A DNA stretch of 64,000 nt, from contig MTMD02000002.1 in the NCBI GenBank assembly GCA_002010065.2, forward strand, positions 416,001 to 480,000, written 5' to 3'. Shown in pieces: positions 28,262-37,998 of the stretch. Source of the DNA: Candidatus Pyrohabitans jungbluthii. GTDB taxonomy: Archaea; Hydrothermarchaeota; Hydrothermarchaeia; Hydrothermarchaeales; BMS3B. A program made the translations under genes and the position numbers. The notes beneath the pieces are model-generated. The model had not been told where the DNA came from and ran no database searches. It worked only from the letters and a program-made list of their open reading frames with translations. Each line of letters begins with the position of its first letter. Within the stretch, counting starts at the first letter, position 1.

Positions 28262-29299
28262 ATGGAATTCGTTGAAGGCGTGGTAGAAGCGCTGAAACGC
28301 CCTGAGGCTTATCCCCACGAAGTGAGGAGCATAACCCTCATTCAGACCCACATCTCCTTCGTGTTTCTGACGGGAGATTATGTATATAAGGTGAAGAAGC
28401 CCGTGGATTTTGGCTTTCTGGATTTCACCACCCTTGAGAAGCGCCGCTACTACTGCAACGAGGAGATTCGGGTTAACCGTGCCCTTGCAGGTGAGCTATA
28501 CTTAGGCGTTGTTCCAATAACGCGCGATGATAAGGGTGAAATTAAGGTGGAGGGCGAGGGTGATGTGGTGGAGTATGCGGTTAAGATGGTGCAGCTCCCC
28601 CAAGAGGCGATGATGAAGTCCCTCCTCGAGAGGGGCGAGGTTCAGCTAAGCGATGTCAAGGAGATAGCTGCGAGAGTGGCGAAGTTTCACGCTGGTGCTG
28701 CGAGGGGTGCTGAGATTACCCGCTGGGGGGCCTACGAGCAGGTGGTCAAAAACTGGGAGCAGAACTTCGAGCAGACAGCGCAGCTCAAGGCCAAAGAGGT
28801 TGATGAGCAAGAGTATGAGACCCTTGAGACGAGGGTGAGACGCTTCCTCAGAGAGAAAGAGGAACTTTTCAGGGCTAGAGAGAGGGCGGAGAAGATACGC
28901 GAATGCCACGGCGACCTGCACAGCGGCAACATATTTATCGTGAGAGAGCCGGGAAAGCTGTACCGCGAGGGGATTTATATTTTTGACGCCATAGAGTTTT
29001 TTAAGGGCTTCAGCTGCAGCGATGTGCTCGCTGACGTTGCCTTCTTCGCCATGGACCTGGACTTCCACCGTAGGCAAGAGCTTAGCGAAGCCTTTGTCGA
29101 GGCTTACGTCGCTGCGAGTGGGGAGAGCTTTCCCGAGGAACTCCTGGAGTTCTACAAGTGCTACCGCGCCTTTGTGAGGATGAAGGTGGAGAGCTTCAAG
29201 CTTTTTGATGCCCATGTAACAAAAGAGGAAAAGGAAGTAACGCGGAAGTTGGTGGAAGAGTACTTTAACCTCGCCTGCCGCTACGCCTCGCAGCTTTAG
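28262..29299 (+). CDS. Aminoglycoside-phosphotransferase-like kinase (COG2187 type)
   Basis: QTHISFVFL, YKVKKPVDFGFLDF, ECHGDLHSGNI, FDAIEF, DVAFFAMDL. Confidence 0.9.
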   Translation: MEFVEGVVEALKRPEAYPHEVRSITLIQTHISFVFLTGDYVYKVKKPVDFGFLDFTTLEKRRYYCNEEIRVNRALAGELYLGVVPITRDDKGEIKVEGEGDVVEYAVKMVQLPQEAMMKSLLERGEVQLSDVKEIAARVAKFHAGAARGAEITRWGAYEQVVKNWEQNFEQTAQLKAKEVDEQEYETLETRVRRFLREKEELFRARERAEKIRECHGDLHSGNIFIVREPGKLYREGIYIFDAIEFFKGFSCSDVLADVAFFAMDLDFHRRQELSEAFVEAYVAASGESFPEELLEFYKCYRAFVRMKVESFKLFDAHVTKEEKEVTRKLVEEYFNLACRYASQL

Positions 29300-29801
29300 T
29301 TCTGCTCCTTATGTAGCGCATAATCTCGGCAAGGTTCTCCTCCAGAGGGTTGCTGGTGTCCACTATAACCCGAGGTCTCTGCAGAGGCTCAAACTGGTCG
29401 CGTATCTTCTTGTACACCTCGAAGTCGGCGTCGGTGGGAATGTTCTTCTTTTTTGCACGCATCTCCATCCTCTGCTTAACTACCGCCTCAGGAGCGCAGC
29501 ACTCCACGATTATGAGCTTTGTTTTCATCGCCTTTGCGAGCTGGTAAACGCGCTCACGCAGACTGCGCTTGTAGAAGGTTCCGTCGAGGATTACGTTCCT
29601 CTCTGCTCTTAGAAGGTACTCTGCTATTAGGAAGGTTACCCTGTAGACAAGCTCCTTCTCTTCCTCCGTGTACTTCGGCTCAGGGAAGAGCTGTTTACGT
29701 ATTACGTCGGTGCGCAGCACAGTGGCGCGAAGCCTTCTCGCCAGGTGCATGGCGATGGTGCTCTTTCCGGTGCCGGGTAAGCCTGCGATTAGCACCAGCA
29801 T
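29265..29801 (-). CDS. P-loop kinase, AAA_33/COG0645 family
   Basis: GLPGTGKST, RTDVIRK, VILDGTF. Confidence 0.9.
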   Translation of the reverse strand: MLVLIAGLPGTGKSTIAMHLARRLRATVLRTDVIRKQLFPEPKYTEEEKELVYRVTFLIAEYLLRAERNVILDGTFYKRSLRERVYQLAKAMKTKLIIVECCAPEAVVKQRMEMRAKKKNIPTDADFEVYKKIRDQFEPLQRPRVIVDTSNPLEENLAEIMRYIRSRTKAARRSGRRG

Positions 29802-29890
29802 GGGGTAAAATACGCGAAGGTGTTATAAAAAGGCTTCCAGCGGTAACTATATAACTCTCCCCCACCCACTTTCTAATTCTGGTGCATTGA

Positions 29891-30943
29891 ATGCGGATAT
29901 ACTTTGTAAGCAATGGCTTCGGCTACGGGCATGTGAGCAGGGATGTGGAGCTTGCGAAGGCGCTGCGCGAGCGCGGGCACGAGGTGATCTTCTCCACCTA
30001 CGGCGATGGCTTGGTATTCCTGCGCAACTATGACTTTGAGGTAATCGAGGTGGAGGAGTTCGGCGAGGTCTCTTTTACCTCGACTGAGATTGAAGTCTTC
30101 AAGACGGTGCTCAACACGCTGCGCAGCGTTAAGCCGGGTATGCTCCTCGAGGCGAGGCGCATACTGCGCGACGTTTCGCCTGATGTGATGGTCGTCGATG
30201 GTTACGTGCCTGCGATGGTCTCGAAGATTCTGCGCTCATGGCGCAAGATGCGGATTTTTCTTATAACCAACGAAACAATACAGTGGAAGAAGCTGGAAGG
30301 CAACCTCAGCTTACCTATAAAAAAGCTGGGCGAGGTTGCAGAGGCTGCGCTTGTGTACCTCGCAGATGAGATAATAGTGCCCGACTTTCCGCCGCCCTAC
30401 ACGGTTTGCCTGGAAAACCTCGCCTTCTATGACCAGAAGCGCAAATTCCACTTTGTTGGTCCCATGCTTCCGGAACTCGAGAGCAGGGGCGAGGGGAAGG
30501 TAGTGGTGAACTTTGGCGGCTCTGGTGTGAATCCAGACGTTACCGAAGCTCTCTCTAAAGCAGAGGAGATTCTCGGCGAAAGTTTTATTGTAGCCAAAGG
30601 AATGCGCCGCGAGCGCTACCTGGAGCACCTTTCGCGCGCTCGTGTGCTGATAACCCACGGCGGGCACAACAGCATAATGGAGGCAATAGCGTGCGCCAAG
30701 CCTATAGTGGGCATACCAATTAAAAACTACCCCGAGCGGGAGGGTAACCTGCGCGGGGTTGAGAGGCTCGGCGTGGGGAGGATGCTGGATGCGGAGTGGA
30801 TAACCGGAGATAGCCTTGCTACGGCGATACAGGAGGTCTCCCTTCCAGAGTTCAGGCGTCGCCTTGATATTTTCAGTGCCCTCGCCAGGCGCACCAACGG
30901 CGTGGCGAAGGCTGTTGAGATAATTGAGAATGGGACGCACTAG
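29891..30943 (+). CDS. GT-B glycosyltransferase (GT28/MurG-like, MJ1255-type)
   Basis: GYGHVSR, PDFPPPYTV, ITHGGHNSIMEA. Confidence 0.88.
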   Translation: MRIYFVSNGFGYGHVSRDVELAKALRERGHEVIFSTYGDGLVFLRNYDFEVIEVEEFGEVSFTSTEIEVFKTVLNTLRSVKPGMLLEARRILRDVSPDVMVVDGYVPAMVSKILRSWRKMRIFLITNETIQWKKLEGNLSLPIKKLGEVAEAALVYLADEIIVPDFPPPYTVCLENLAFYDQKRKFHFVGPMLPELESRGEGKVVVNFGGSGVNPDVTEALSKAEEILGESFIVAKGMRRERYLEHLSRARVLITHGGHNSIMEAIACAKPIVGIPIKNYPEREGNLRGVERLGVGRMLDAEWITGDSLATAIQEVSLPEFRRRLDIFSALARRTNGVAKAVEIIENGTH

Positions 30944-31956
30944 CCGCGCTCCTGCACGAAGCGAGGAACAGCGTCTTTGAGAGGGTCGAAGCGCTCTATG
31001 TTTTTAATGTACATGCACTTCATGCTCACCTTGCTGTGCAGCGAACTTGGCAGGCGGAGGATGCGCTTTACATCGACGGTAACCTTTGCGTCAAGCATCT
31101 CAGCGTTAATTCTACGCACCAGCTCTAAGAACTTCGCAAAACCAGTGCTTCCCAGGATTTCCTTGAGGGTGGTAAACTTCGCCTCCTCCAGCTCGTTCGC
31201 CACCCTTCTAAGCATCTTGGGGTTGAGAAGGGCATCAGCACGCTTTAGGCTAATGCCTCCGCTGCGCAGGGTTTCAAGGTTGAGCAGAGACAGCAAGCGC
31301 AGCACGCGCATGCGGAAGACGCGCGGGTAGCCGCGGCGAAGCTCCAAAAGTTCGGGCTCAGGTATCACTCCTCCCGCAACGTAGTCCAAGAGGCTCCCCC
31401 TCTCTGGGCTCTGCATATGCAGCACATCCTTGTCGAGCACGCGCAGGTGGTACCCCCTGCCTGAGTACACGAAGTGAAGCTCCTTCAGGGCGAAATCCTC
31501 ACGAAGTATCTCTGCGACTTCGATAATGTACTCCTTGGCTTCGCCTAAGCAGAGTTCGCACACCTCTCCAGGCGAGCATGAGCAGGGGCGAAGAGGCAAG
31601 TCCTTGGCATCGACGTCAAAAACCAGCTCCGCGCCTAACCAGCCCTCTCGCTTCTCAGGCCTCTCATAGAAGGAGATGCTTGCATACGCTGCATAGGGTG
31701 CTGCGTTTATGAGCACGCCCTCAAGCTGGGTCGGTGTTGAGATTCGATTGTAGCGGTCGTTTGGTCCCTCACCACGGTGGTCAAAGCCGAACTCCCGCTG
31801 CGCAATCGTCGCAAGAATGAACTCCGGCACATCGTTCAGCTTCCACTCCTCGCGGTAGTAGCGTCGTCGCTCCTCAAGCGTAGCCTCGCGGAAAACTTGC
31901 AACTCTCTTCGAGAGTTGCTTCGATTTCCCTCACTGGCGTTCGGGAAATGCATCAC
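30940..31956 (-). CDS. priS: DNA primase small (catalytic) subunit
   Basis: REFGFD, ELVFDVD, CSC..VC..C zinc motif, YSGRGYH, RILRLP.SLH. Confidence 0.95.
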   Translation of the reverse strand: MMHFPNASEGNRSNSRRELQVFREATLEERRRYYREEWKLNDVPEFILATIAQREFGFDHRGEGPNDRYNRISTPTQLEGVLINAAPYAAYASISFYERPEKREGWLGAELVFDVDAKDLPLRPCSCSPGEVCELCLGEAKEYIIEVAEILREDFALKELHFVYSGRGYHLRVLDKDVLHMQSPERGSLLDYVAGGVIPEPELLELRRGYPRVFRMRVLRLLSLLNLETLRSGGISLKRADALLNPKMLRRVANELEEAKFTTLKEILGSTGFAKFLELVRRINAEMLDAKVTVDVKRILRLPSSLHSKVSMKCMYIKNIERFDPLKDAVPRFVQERG

Positions 31957-33104
31957 TTATCCTCCTTGGCGAAGCGCTTTCTGGTGTAGTAAACTAGGGG
32001 GTTCTTAATGCCTTTGCAGTCCTTGTCCGGGCGACAGAGCGATGGCGCCTCTCTGCGAATCTTCTCACAGTTGGGAACGAAGTACCAGGGGCTTTTTCCA
32101 GAATCTTCTAGCTTAGGCTGCTCAGTGAAGCCGAAGCCTAAGTGATAGCAGATGTTGAGCTTCTCCTGGGGCTGGTCCTCAAAAAGTGGCGGGGAGCATC
32201 GCTCCGCGGCTGCGTAGATTACCGGGAGAACCTCCTCTATTATTATGCTTATGTCGCTTATGAAGTCCGCTACCCTCGCGTTCTCACCTGCGTTGAAGGG
32301 CGCTATCCGCGCGTAGGAGAGGAAAGATGTTAAGAGCACTGTGATGGCGTAGTTTCTTGAGCCACTTCCCACGCCTGCGAGCGTTGCCTTTATACATGGT
32401 GGAAAATGCTCCTCCTTGAGCGACTTGCCCGCGTGCTTTACCAGCACCGGCATGGCTGAAAGAGCTGCGCTGCTCAACGCACTCGCGATCTCCTCCAGGC
32501 GCTCATCCTTCGCTACGCTTCCCTCGAGGGAGCGCAGGAAGGCGTCGCATCTCTCAGCGATGCTCTCTGCATAGCACTCAATCGCCTGCCTCAGCGTGAG
32601 CAGCGCATACCCCTGAGTAAGATAGAGCTGGGGAAGGCTCAACCTCCGACTTCGCAATACTGGCAAAAGCTCCCCCCAGGGCACAGCGTAGAGTAGGGGC
32701 TCACCCTCGTGGGCTGTAAGGAGCCTTACATCACCTTCCTCCAGCTTTACCCCTGCCTGTGTGAGGGTGAGCAGCTCAAAGTCCTCTAGGAGATAAGCCA
32801 GAGCCTCCGGGTTAAACCTGCTCGTGCCCCAGCCCTCGCGCTTTACCAGCGCCCACACGCGAGAAGCGATCTGCTTTTTAATAATCTCCTTCGCCGCCCT
32901 CGCCTCCTTCGAGGCAAAGCCGCGGAGGGAAGCCGCACTCAGGAGGATGTAAAAGGAAAGCGCATCATCGCGGGGCTCTACATCAAGCCTAACCTCACCA
33001 GCGAGTTTTCTCTTAGCTTCTGTAAAGGCTTCCTTGGTGAACTTGCCCTCTTGAAAGTAGCGCAGCACACGCTTAGAGAAGGGGTTAACAATGGGGTGGA
33101 GCAT
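31953..33104 (-). CDS. priL: DNA primase large subunit
   Basis: [33 protein letters not shown] (Fe-S Cys). Confidence 0.93.
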   Translation of the reverse strand: MLHPIVNPFSKRVLRYFQEGKFTKEAFTEAKRKLAGEVRLDVEPRDDALSFYILLSAASLRGFASKEARAAKEIIKKQIASRVWALVKREGWGTSRFNPEALAYLLEDFELLTLTQAGVKLEEGDVRLLTAHEGEPLLYAVPWGELLPVLRSRRLSLPQLYLTQGYALLTLRQAIECYAESIAERCDAFLRSLEGSVAKDERLEEIASALSSAALSAMPVLVKHAGKSLKEEHFPPCIKATLAGVGSGSRNYAITVLLTSFLSYARIAPFNAGENARVADFISDISIIIEEVLPVIYAAAERCSPPLFEDQPQEKLNICYHLGFGFTEQPKLEDSGKSPWYFVPNCEKIRREAPSLCRPDKDCKGIKNPLVYYTRKRFAKEDK

Positions 33105-33157
33105 GTATCTATCTAACTTCCATCCAACTTAAGGTTAATCCAAGCAGGGGAAAAGTG

Positions 33158-33898
33158 TCACTCACTCTCAACGCGTGGCGCTAACAGGAAGCTGAGGCTT
33201 ACCCCTGGAGCAAGAAAGTCAAGCTTCACAGGGATGTCGTTGCCCAGGTTTATCCTCACCGTCGTTGCTATGTCGCCAGCCTTAATCATGTCTTTGAGGT
33301 ACTCTATAGAGAACATGCTCCTGCAGGGTTCGCTCACCTCGAAGCTCACCGCCTCTTCCCTGCTCACCTTCACCTCCACGTTGCCCAAGTCTCCCCTCGC
33401 CGAGATGTAGAGATTCTCAGCGTCGCAGCGCAGCGTCACGTGGTCGCTGAATATCTCCGCGTCCTTAATACCCTCGCTCAGTATCTTCGGGTCTATCTCC
33501 ACCTTTGCAGGAAACTCAAGCTGGGGTACGCGAAGCTCCTCCTCGCCCACGTCTATGAGCGGCAGATCGAAGCGCCTTGTGGCGCTGTTGCGGATTGTGA
33601 TTCTCAGCGAACCTCCATCATCGCTGGTGGAGAGCTCAATCCTGTCGCTGCTCCCTGCACGCTTGAGTATGGTATTTAGCCTGTCCAAATCTATGCCTAG
33701 GGTGAGCGTCTCGTTAACATCATACTCCTCAAAGGCTTCCTTCTCCAGCTTGAAGTCCACCAGAGCAACGTGCGCCGGGTCCATGGCGCGCAGCGCTATT
33801 CCTTCCTGCGAGACGATAACGCCAGCCTCGTCTATCATGTTGGAAATCGCATCTATGCTCGACTTCAAAATTTTGGGATCTGCAAGCGTTGCTTTCAT
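33158..33898 (-). CDS. pcn: DNA polymerase sliding clamp PCNA
   Basis: RAMDPAHVALVD, FSIEYL, FLLAPRVE. Confidence 0.97.
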   Translation of the reverse strand: MKATLADPKILKSSIDAISNMIDEAGVIVSQEGIALRAMDPAHVALVDFKLEKEAFEEYDVNETLTLGIDLDRLNTILKRAGSSDRIELSTSDDGGSLRITIRNSATRRFDLPLIDVGEEELRVPQLEFPAKVEIDPKILSEGIKDAEIFSDHVTLRCDAENLYISARGDLGNVEVKVSREEAVSFEVSEPCRSMFSIEYLKDMIKAGDIATTVRINLGNDIPVKLDFLAPGVSLSFLLAPRVESE

Positions 33899-33913
33899 CT
33901 TCTCTCCTCCTTA

Positions 33914-34249
33914 TCAACTTTTAAGCTTCTCTACTGCATACTTCACCTGCTCATAGAGGGCTATGTCCAGTTTGCTCATGTCCTGAATTACTTCAACCTC
34001 AATCTCAACCGCCTCAGCTACGCGCACCCTTCCGAGAACCCTAACTCGCCTTCCCTCCACTGCTCGGGAGAATAGCTCGGGGTCGGCAAAGAGGAGAACC
34101 GCCCTGCCTGTGCCGTCATCGATAAGCGCTGTGCCGCTGGCTTCATCCTTATCTACGATGGTGCCAAGAACGCGCACACGAAACTCCTCACCAGTTATGT
34201 TCGCTATCTCCACCTCCTTTGCAGGAAACCTGCGCTTCTCCTGTGGCAT
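33914..34249 (-). CDS. Single OB-fold protein, RPA small-subunit-like
   Basis: RR.PA..V.I, RVRVLG, LIDDGTG, VRVLGRV, EVIQDMS.LD..LY. Confidence 0.75.
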   Translation of the reverse strand: MPQEKRRFPAKEVEIANITGEEFRVRVLGTIVDKDEASGTALIDDGTGRAVLLFADPELFSRAVEGRRVRVLGRVRVAEAVEIEVEVIQDMSKLDIALYEQVKYAVEKLKS

Positions 34250-34251
34250 GC

Positions 34252-34758
34252 CTACTCCCTCAGCTTAACGCTCTTAGCTCCCCTCGCCATTATCGTCTTA
34301 CCTGTGCGCGCAATCTCCTTTATCCCATAGCTCCGCATGAGCTCGATGAAGGCTCTTATCTTGTCCTCATCGCCGGTTATCTCCACCACCATGCTCTGCT
34401 TAGCCACGTCCACGATGCGCCCGCGGAATATGTTAGCGTACTGCACCACCTCAGCGCGCGCCGCCTCGTTCTTCACGCTTACCTTTATCAGTGCCAGCTC
34501 TCGAATAACACTCTCCCGCGGGTTCAGCTCGCTAACCTTCACGACCTCGATGAGCTTATTGAGCTGCTTCATCACCTGCTCAAGGGTAACTCTGTCGCCG
34601 CGTACTGTCATGGTAATTCGTGAGATGCCAGGAATTTCAGTCTCGCCCACGGAGATACTGTCTATGTTGAAGTTGCGCTTTCTCAGCAAACCAGAGACGC
34701 GTTGCATGACGCCGGGGCGATCCTCCACGAGGGCGACGATGTAGTGGGTATCCTCCAT
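34252..34758 (-). CDS. ilvH: Acetolactate synthase small (regulatory) subunit
   Basis: LVEDRPGV..RVSGL..KR.FNI.S, KQLNKLI.V, EIARTG. Confidence 0.96.
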   Translation of the reverse strand: MEDTHYIVALVEDRPGVMQRVSGLLRKRNFNIDSISVGETEIPGISRITMTVRGDRVTLEQVMKQLNKLIEVVKVSELNPRESVIRELALIKVSVKNEAARAEVVQYANIFRGRIVDVAKQSMVVEITGDEDKIRAFIELMRSYGIKEIARTGKTIMARGAKSVKLRE

Positions 34759-34767
34759 TCAGACCAC

Positions 34768-36444
34768 CTACTCAATAATGTCCTTAAGGCACCTGCCAGG
34801 CGGCACCATGGGGAAGATGTTGCACTCCCTGTCTATGATGAAGTCTATCACCGCCGGCTTGCCCGCATCGAAGGCTTCGCTGAGTGCGTCGCGTATCTCC
34901 CCCGGCTTCTCCACGCGTAAGCCCAGCGCTCCGAAGGCTTCTGCAACCTTAACGAAGTCCGGCGAGCTACCAAGGTTAACCGCGGAGTAGCGGCGGTCGT
35001 AGAATAGCTCCTGCCACTGGCGCACCATTCCCAAATAGCGGTTGTCAAAGACCGCAACCACCACGTTAATGTTATTCTCAACCACAGTTGCAAGCTCCTG
35101 AATGTTCATGAGAAAGCTCCCATCGCCAGCGATGTCTATCACCTTAGCCTCAGGCCTCGCCACCTTGGCGCCCATAGCCGCAGGAAAGCCGAATCCCATT
35201 GTGCCAAGTCCACCAGAGGATATAAAGGTGCGGGGCTTCGTCCTGCCAAGGTAGTGGTGCGCCCACATCTGGCACTGCCCAACTTCGGTGGTGACGATAT
35301 CCTCTTCACCTAAGAAGTCCATTATCTCCTTTATAACGCGGTGCGGCTTCAGCGGGATGTCGTCGTAGTCCATGCGCGGATTGAACTCCTTCTTCCAGCG
35401 CTGAACTTTTTCCACCCAGGCTTTTGTTTTAGCCTGCCTCATCATCTCCCTGAGCACGCGAAGAAGCTGGCGAAGAACGCGCTTAGCATCTCCGACTACA
35501 GGAATGTCTGCGCGAACATTCTTACCTATCTCCGCTGGGTCTATGTCTATGTGGATTATCTTCGCTTCGGGGGCGAAGCAGCTCACCATGCCCGTGCTTC
35601 TGTCGCTGAATCTCGTGCCAATGGCGATGAGCAGGTCAGCATCGGTAACCGCATAGTTTGCAGCCTTGCGCCCGTGCATTCCTAGCACACCAAGAGCGAG
35701 GGGGTGCGACTCGGGAAAGCTGCCCTTGCCCATGAGCGTCGTAACCACAGGCGCCATGATTAGCTCTGCCAGCTCCATAAGCTCTGGCGAAGCACCTGAG
35801 ATTATCACACCCCCGCCAGCGAGTATAACGGGACGCTCCGCCTCGAGTATCGCCTTTGCAGCGGCTTTTATCTGCCTTGGATGCCCCTCGTAGGTGGGCT
35901 TATAGCCCACGATCTCAACCTTATCAGGGAACTCAACCTCGGCTTCACCTTCCTGCATGTCCTTGGGGAGGTCTATGAGCACAGGACCAGGTCTGCCCGT
36001 CTGCGCGATGTGGAATGCCCTTTTTATAACCTCAGGTATCTCCGCTACGCTGCGAATCTGGAAGTTGTGCTTGGTTATTGGCATAGTTATGCCTATAACG
36101 TCTGTCTCCTGAAAGGCGTCCTTGCCTATGAAGGGCGTCGCAACTTGGCCTGTGAAGGCTACCACTGGCGATGAGTCCATGTAGGCTGTGGCGATTCCCG
36201 TGGTAAGGTTTGTTGCTCCCGGTCCTGAGGTGGCGCTGCACACACCCGCTTTGCCCTGGACTCGGGCGTAGCCATCGGCAGCATGCGCTGCCCCCTGCTC
36301 ATGGCGCGTGAGTATGTGCCTTATGTTGGCGTCATAGAGTTCGTCGTAGAGCGGAATCGACGCGCCGCCAGGAATACCAAAGATAACCTCAACGCCTTCT
36401 CTTTCCAGAGCCTTGACTATCGCCTCAGCACCCTTCATCCTCAT
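34768..36444 (-). CDS. ilvB: Acetolactate synthase large subunit
   Basis: RHEQGAAHAADGYAR, TSGPGATN, GDGSFLMN TPP motif; ATG start at 36444 or 36438. Confidence 0.96.
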   Translation of the reverse strand: MRMKGAEAIVKALEREGVEVIFGIPGGASIPLYDELYDANIRHILTRHEQGAAHAADGYARVQGKAGVCSATSGPGATNLTTGIATAYMDSSPVVAFTGQVATPFIGKDAFQETDVIGITMPITKHNFQIRSVAEIPEVIKRAFHIAQTGRPGPVLIDLPKDMQEGEAEVEFPDKVEIVGYKPTYEGHPRQIKAAAKAILEAERPVILAGGGVIISGASPELMELAELIMAPVVTTLMGKGSFPESHPLALGVLGMHGRKAANYAVTDADLLIAIGTRFSDRSTGMVSCFAPEAKIIHIDIDPAEIGKNVRADIPVVGDAKRVLRQLLRVLREMMRQAKTKAWVEKVQRWKKEFNPRMDYDDIPLKPHRVIKEIMDFLGEEDIVTTEVGQCQMWAHHYLGRTKPRTFISSGGLGTMGFGFPAAMGAKVARPEAKVIDIAGDGSFLMNIQELATVVENNINVVVAVFDNRYLGMVRQWQELFYDRRYSAVNLGSSPDFVKVAEAFGALGLRVEKPGEIRDALSEAFDAGKPAVIDFIIDRECNIFPMVPPGRCLKDIIE

Positions 36445-36542
36445 CGAAAGCACCCGCTTTCTTTCACTATTCTACATGCATCATTAAAAACCTTTTCTTC
36501 ACCTCACCCCGAAAGCCTTAACCCGAGCTTCACTGCGTGCTA

Positions 36543-37904
36543 CTACCCCAGATGCTGAAGCAACAGCGAGGCGAGTGTGAAGTAAACCACCAGCCCGGTT
36601 ATATCCTGCGTGGTAGTCATAAAGGGACCGCTGGCAATCGCCGGGTCTATCTTCAGCTTTTCAAAAATCCAGGGTATAACCACGCCCATAACGCTGGCTA
36701 AGCTCATTGCACAGAACATGGCTACGCCCACGATTAGACCTATAATAGGCTTTCCAACGAGAAGCTGTGCGAAGACCGCGACGGCAGCGCCTGCAAGCAG
36801 AGCCATGGTTATGCCTATCTTAACCTCGCGTAGAAGATAGCGCAGCCTGTCAGAAATCTCCTTCGTAGCAAGACCGCGGATGAATATCGTCGAGGTCTGC
36901 AAACCAACGTTTCCCCCCATGGTCATTATCGCGGGCACGAAGAGGGAGAGGGCAACCACTGAAGCGAGGGCCTCTTCGAAGCGCTTAAGTATACTCGCCG
37001 CCACTAGGCCATCGCCGAGGAGTGCCACCAGAAGCCAGGGCAGGCGAGCCTTTACCACCTCTATCGCCGGCGCTTCGATAAGCCTGTCCACCCCAACGCC
37101 AGTACCCGCGATCTGACCCATGTCCTCGACGATCTCCTCCTCAATAACGTCCACCACGTCGTCTACCGTTACTATGCCCACAAGTTTTCCCTCTTTGTCA
37201 ACCACTGGCACAGCGGCAAGGTCATAGTCGGCGACGATCTTGGCCACCTCTTCCTGGTCCATCTCTAAAGGCACAGAGATTACATCAGGATTCATCACCT
37301 CCCCCAGCTTCCTTTTACCCGGAGCGAGCACAAGTTCGCGGAGGGAAAGCACCCCCACGAGCTTGCCCTTCTCGTCAACCACGTAGAGGTAGTAGATGGT
37401 TTCATACTCACCCGCGTGCTGACGTATGAACCTGATCGCCTCCTCAACCGTCATATCCTTGGGCAGCGCTAGCACGCGTGTTGTCATTAGTCCGCCTGCA
37501 GAGTCGCTGGGATGGCGGAGCAGAGCTCGTGCTTCAAGGCGAAGCTTCTCTGGCATGTACTGCATTATCGCCTGCCTTACCTCCGGGCTGAGGAGCGAGA
37601 GCACATCGGCGCGCTCGTCCGGCTGGAGATGCAGCAGAAGTTCCGCTGCAGCGCGAGGCGGGAGGAGTTCTAAAAGCTCCGCCTGGATTTCATCGCGAAG
37701 CTCCGGCAGAAACTGGGCAACGAGCTTTGGAGAGAGTCGCGTCAGCACCTGCCTGCGCTGCTCGTCCTTCAGGCTCTGCACAAACTCGCTCAAATCGTGG
37801 GGGTGGAGCTTTGCTATCTCCTGCTCAAGCTCCTCCCACTCTCTCTCTTCTATGAGCCACTGCAATCGCCTTTCTGTAGCCTCGTCAACGGCTATGAAAA
37901 TCAC
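36543..37904 (-). CDS. mgtE: Magnesium transporter MgtE
   Basis: N domain, two CBS domains (SAGGLMT, GIVTVDD), RLPWL, GGNVG.Q, DPA.ASGPF.TT..D. Confidence 0.95.
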   Translation of the reverse strand: MIFIAVDEATERRLQWLIEEREWEELEQEIAKLHPHDLSEFVQSLKDEQRRQVLTRLSPKLVAQFLPELRDEIQAELLELLPPRAAAELLLHLQPDERADVLSLLSPEVRQAIMQYMPEKLRLEARALLRHPSDSAGGLMTTRVLALPKDMTVEEAIRFIRQHAGEYETIYYLYVVDEKGKLVGVLSLRELVLAPGKRKLGEVMNPDVISVPLEMDQEEVAKIVADYDLAAVPVVDKEGKLVGIVTVDDVVDVIEEEIVEDMGQIAGTGVGVDRLIEAPAIEVVKARLPWLLVALLGDGLVAASILKRFEEALASVVALSLFVPAIMTMGGNVGLQTSTIFIRGLATKEISDRLRYLLREVKIGITMALLAGAAVAVFAQLLVGKPIIGLIVGVAMFCAMSLASVMGVVIPWIFEKLKIDPAIASGPFMTTTQDITGLVVYFTLASLLLQHLG

Positions 37905-37998
37905 TCTCCTTTTTCTACCTTGATAATTTTGAGCGAGGCAGGAATATATAGTTGACTAATATTTAAGCTTGCTGTGGGTGCCCAAAAGAAAAGTAGCC

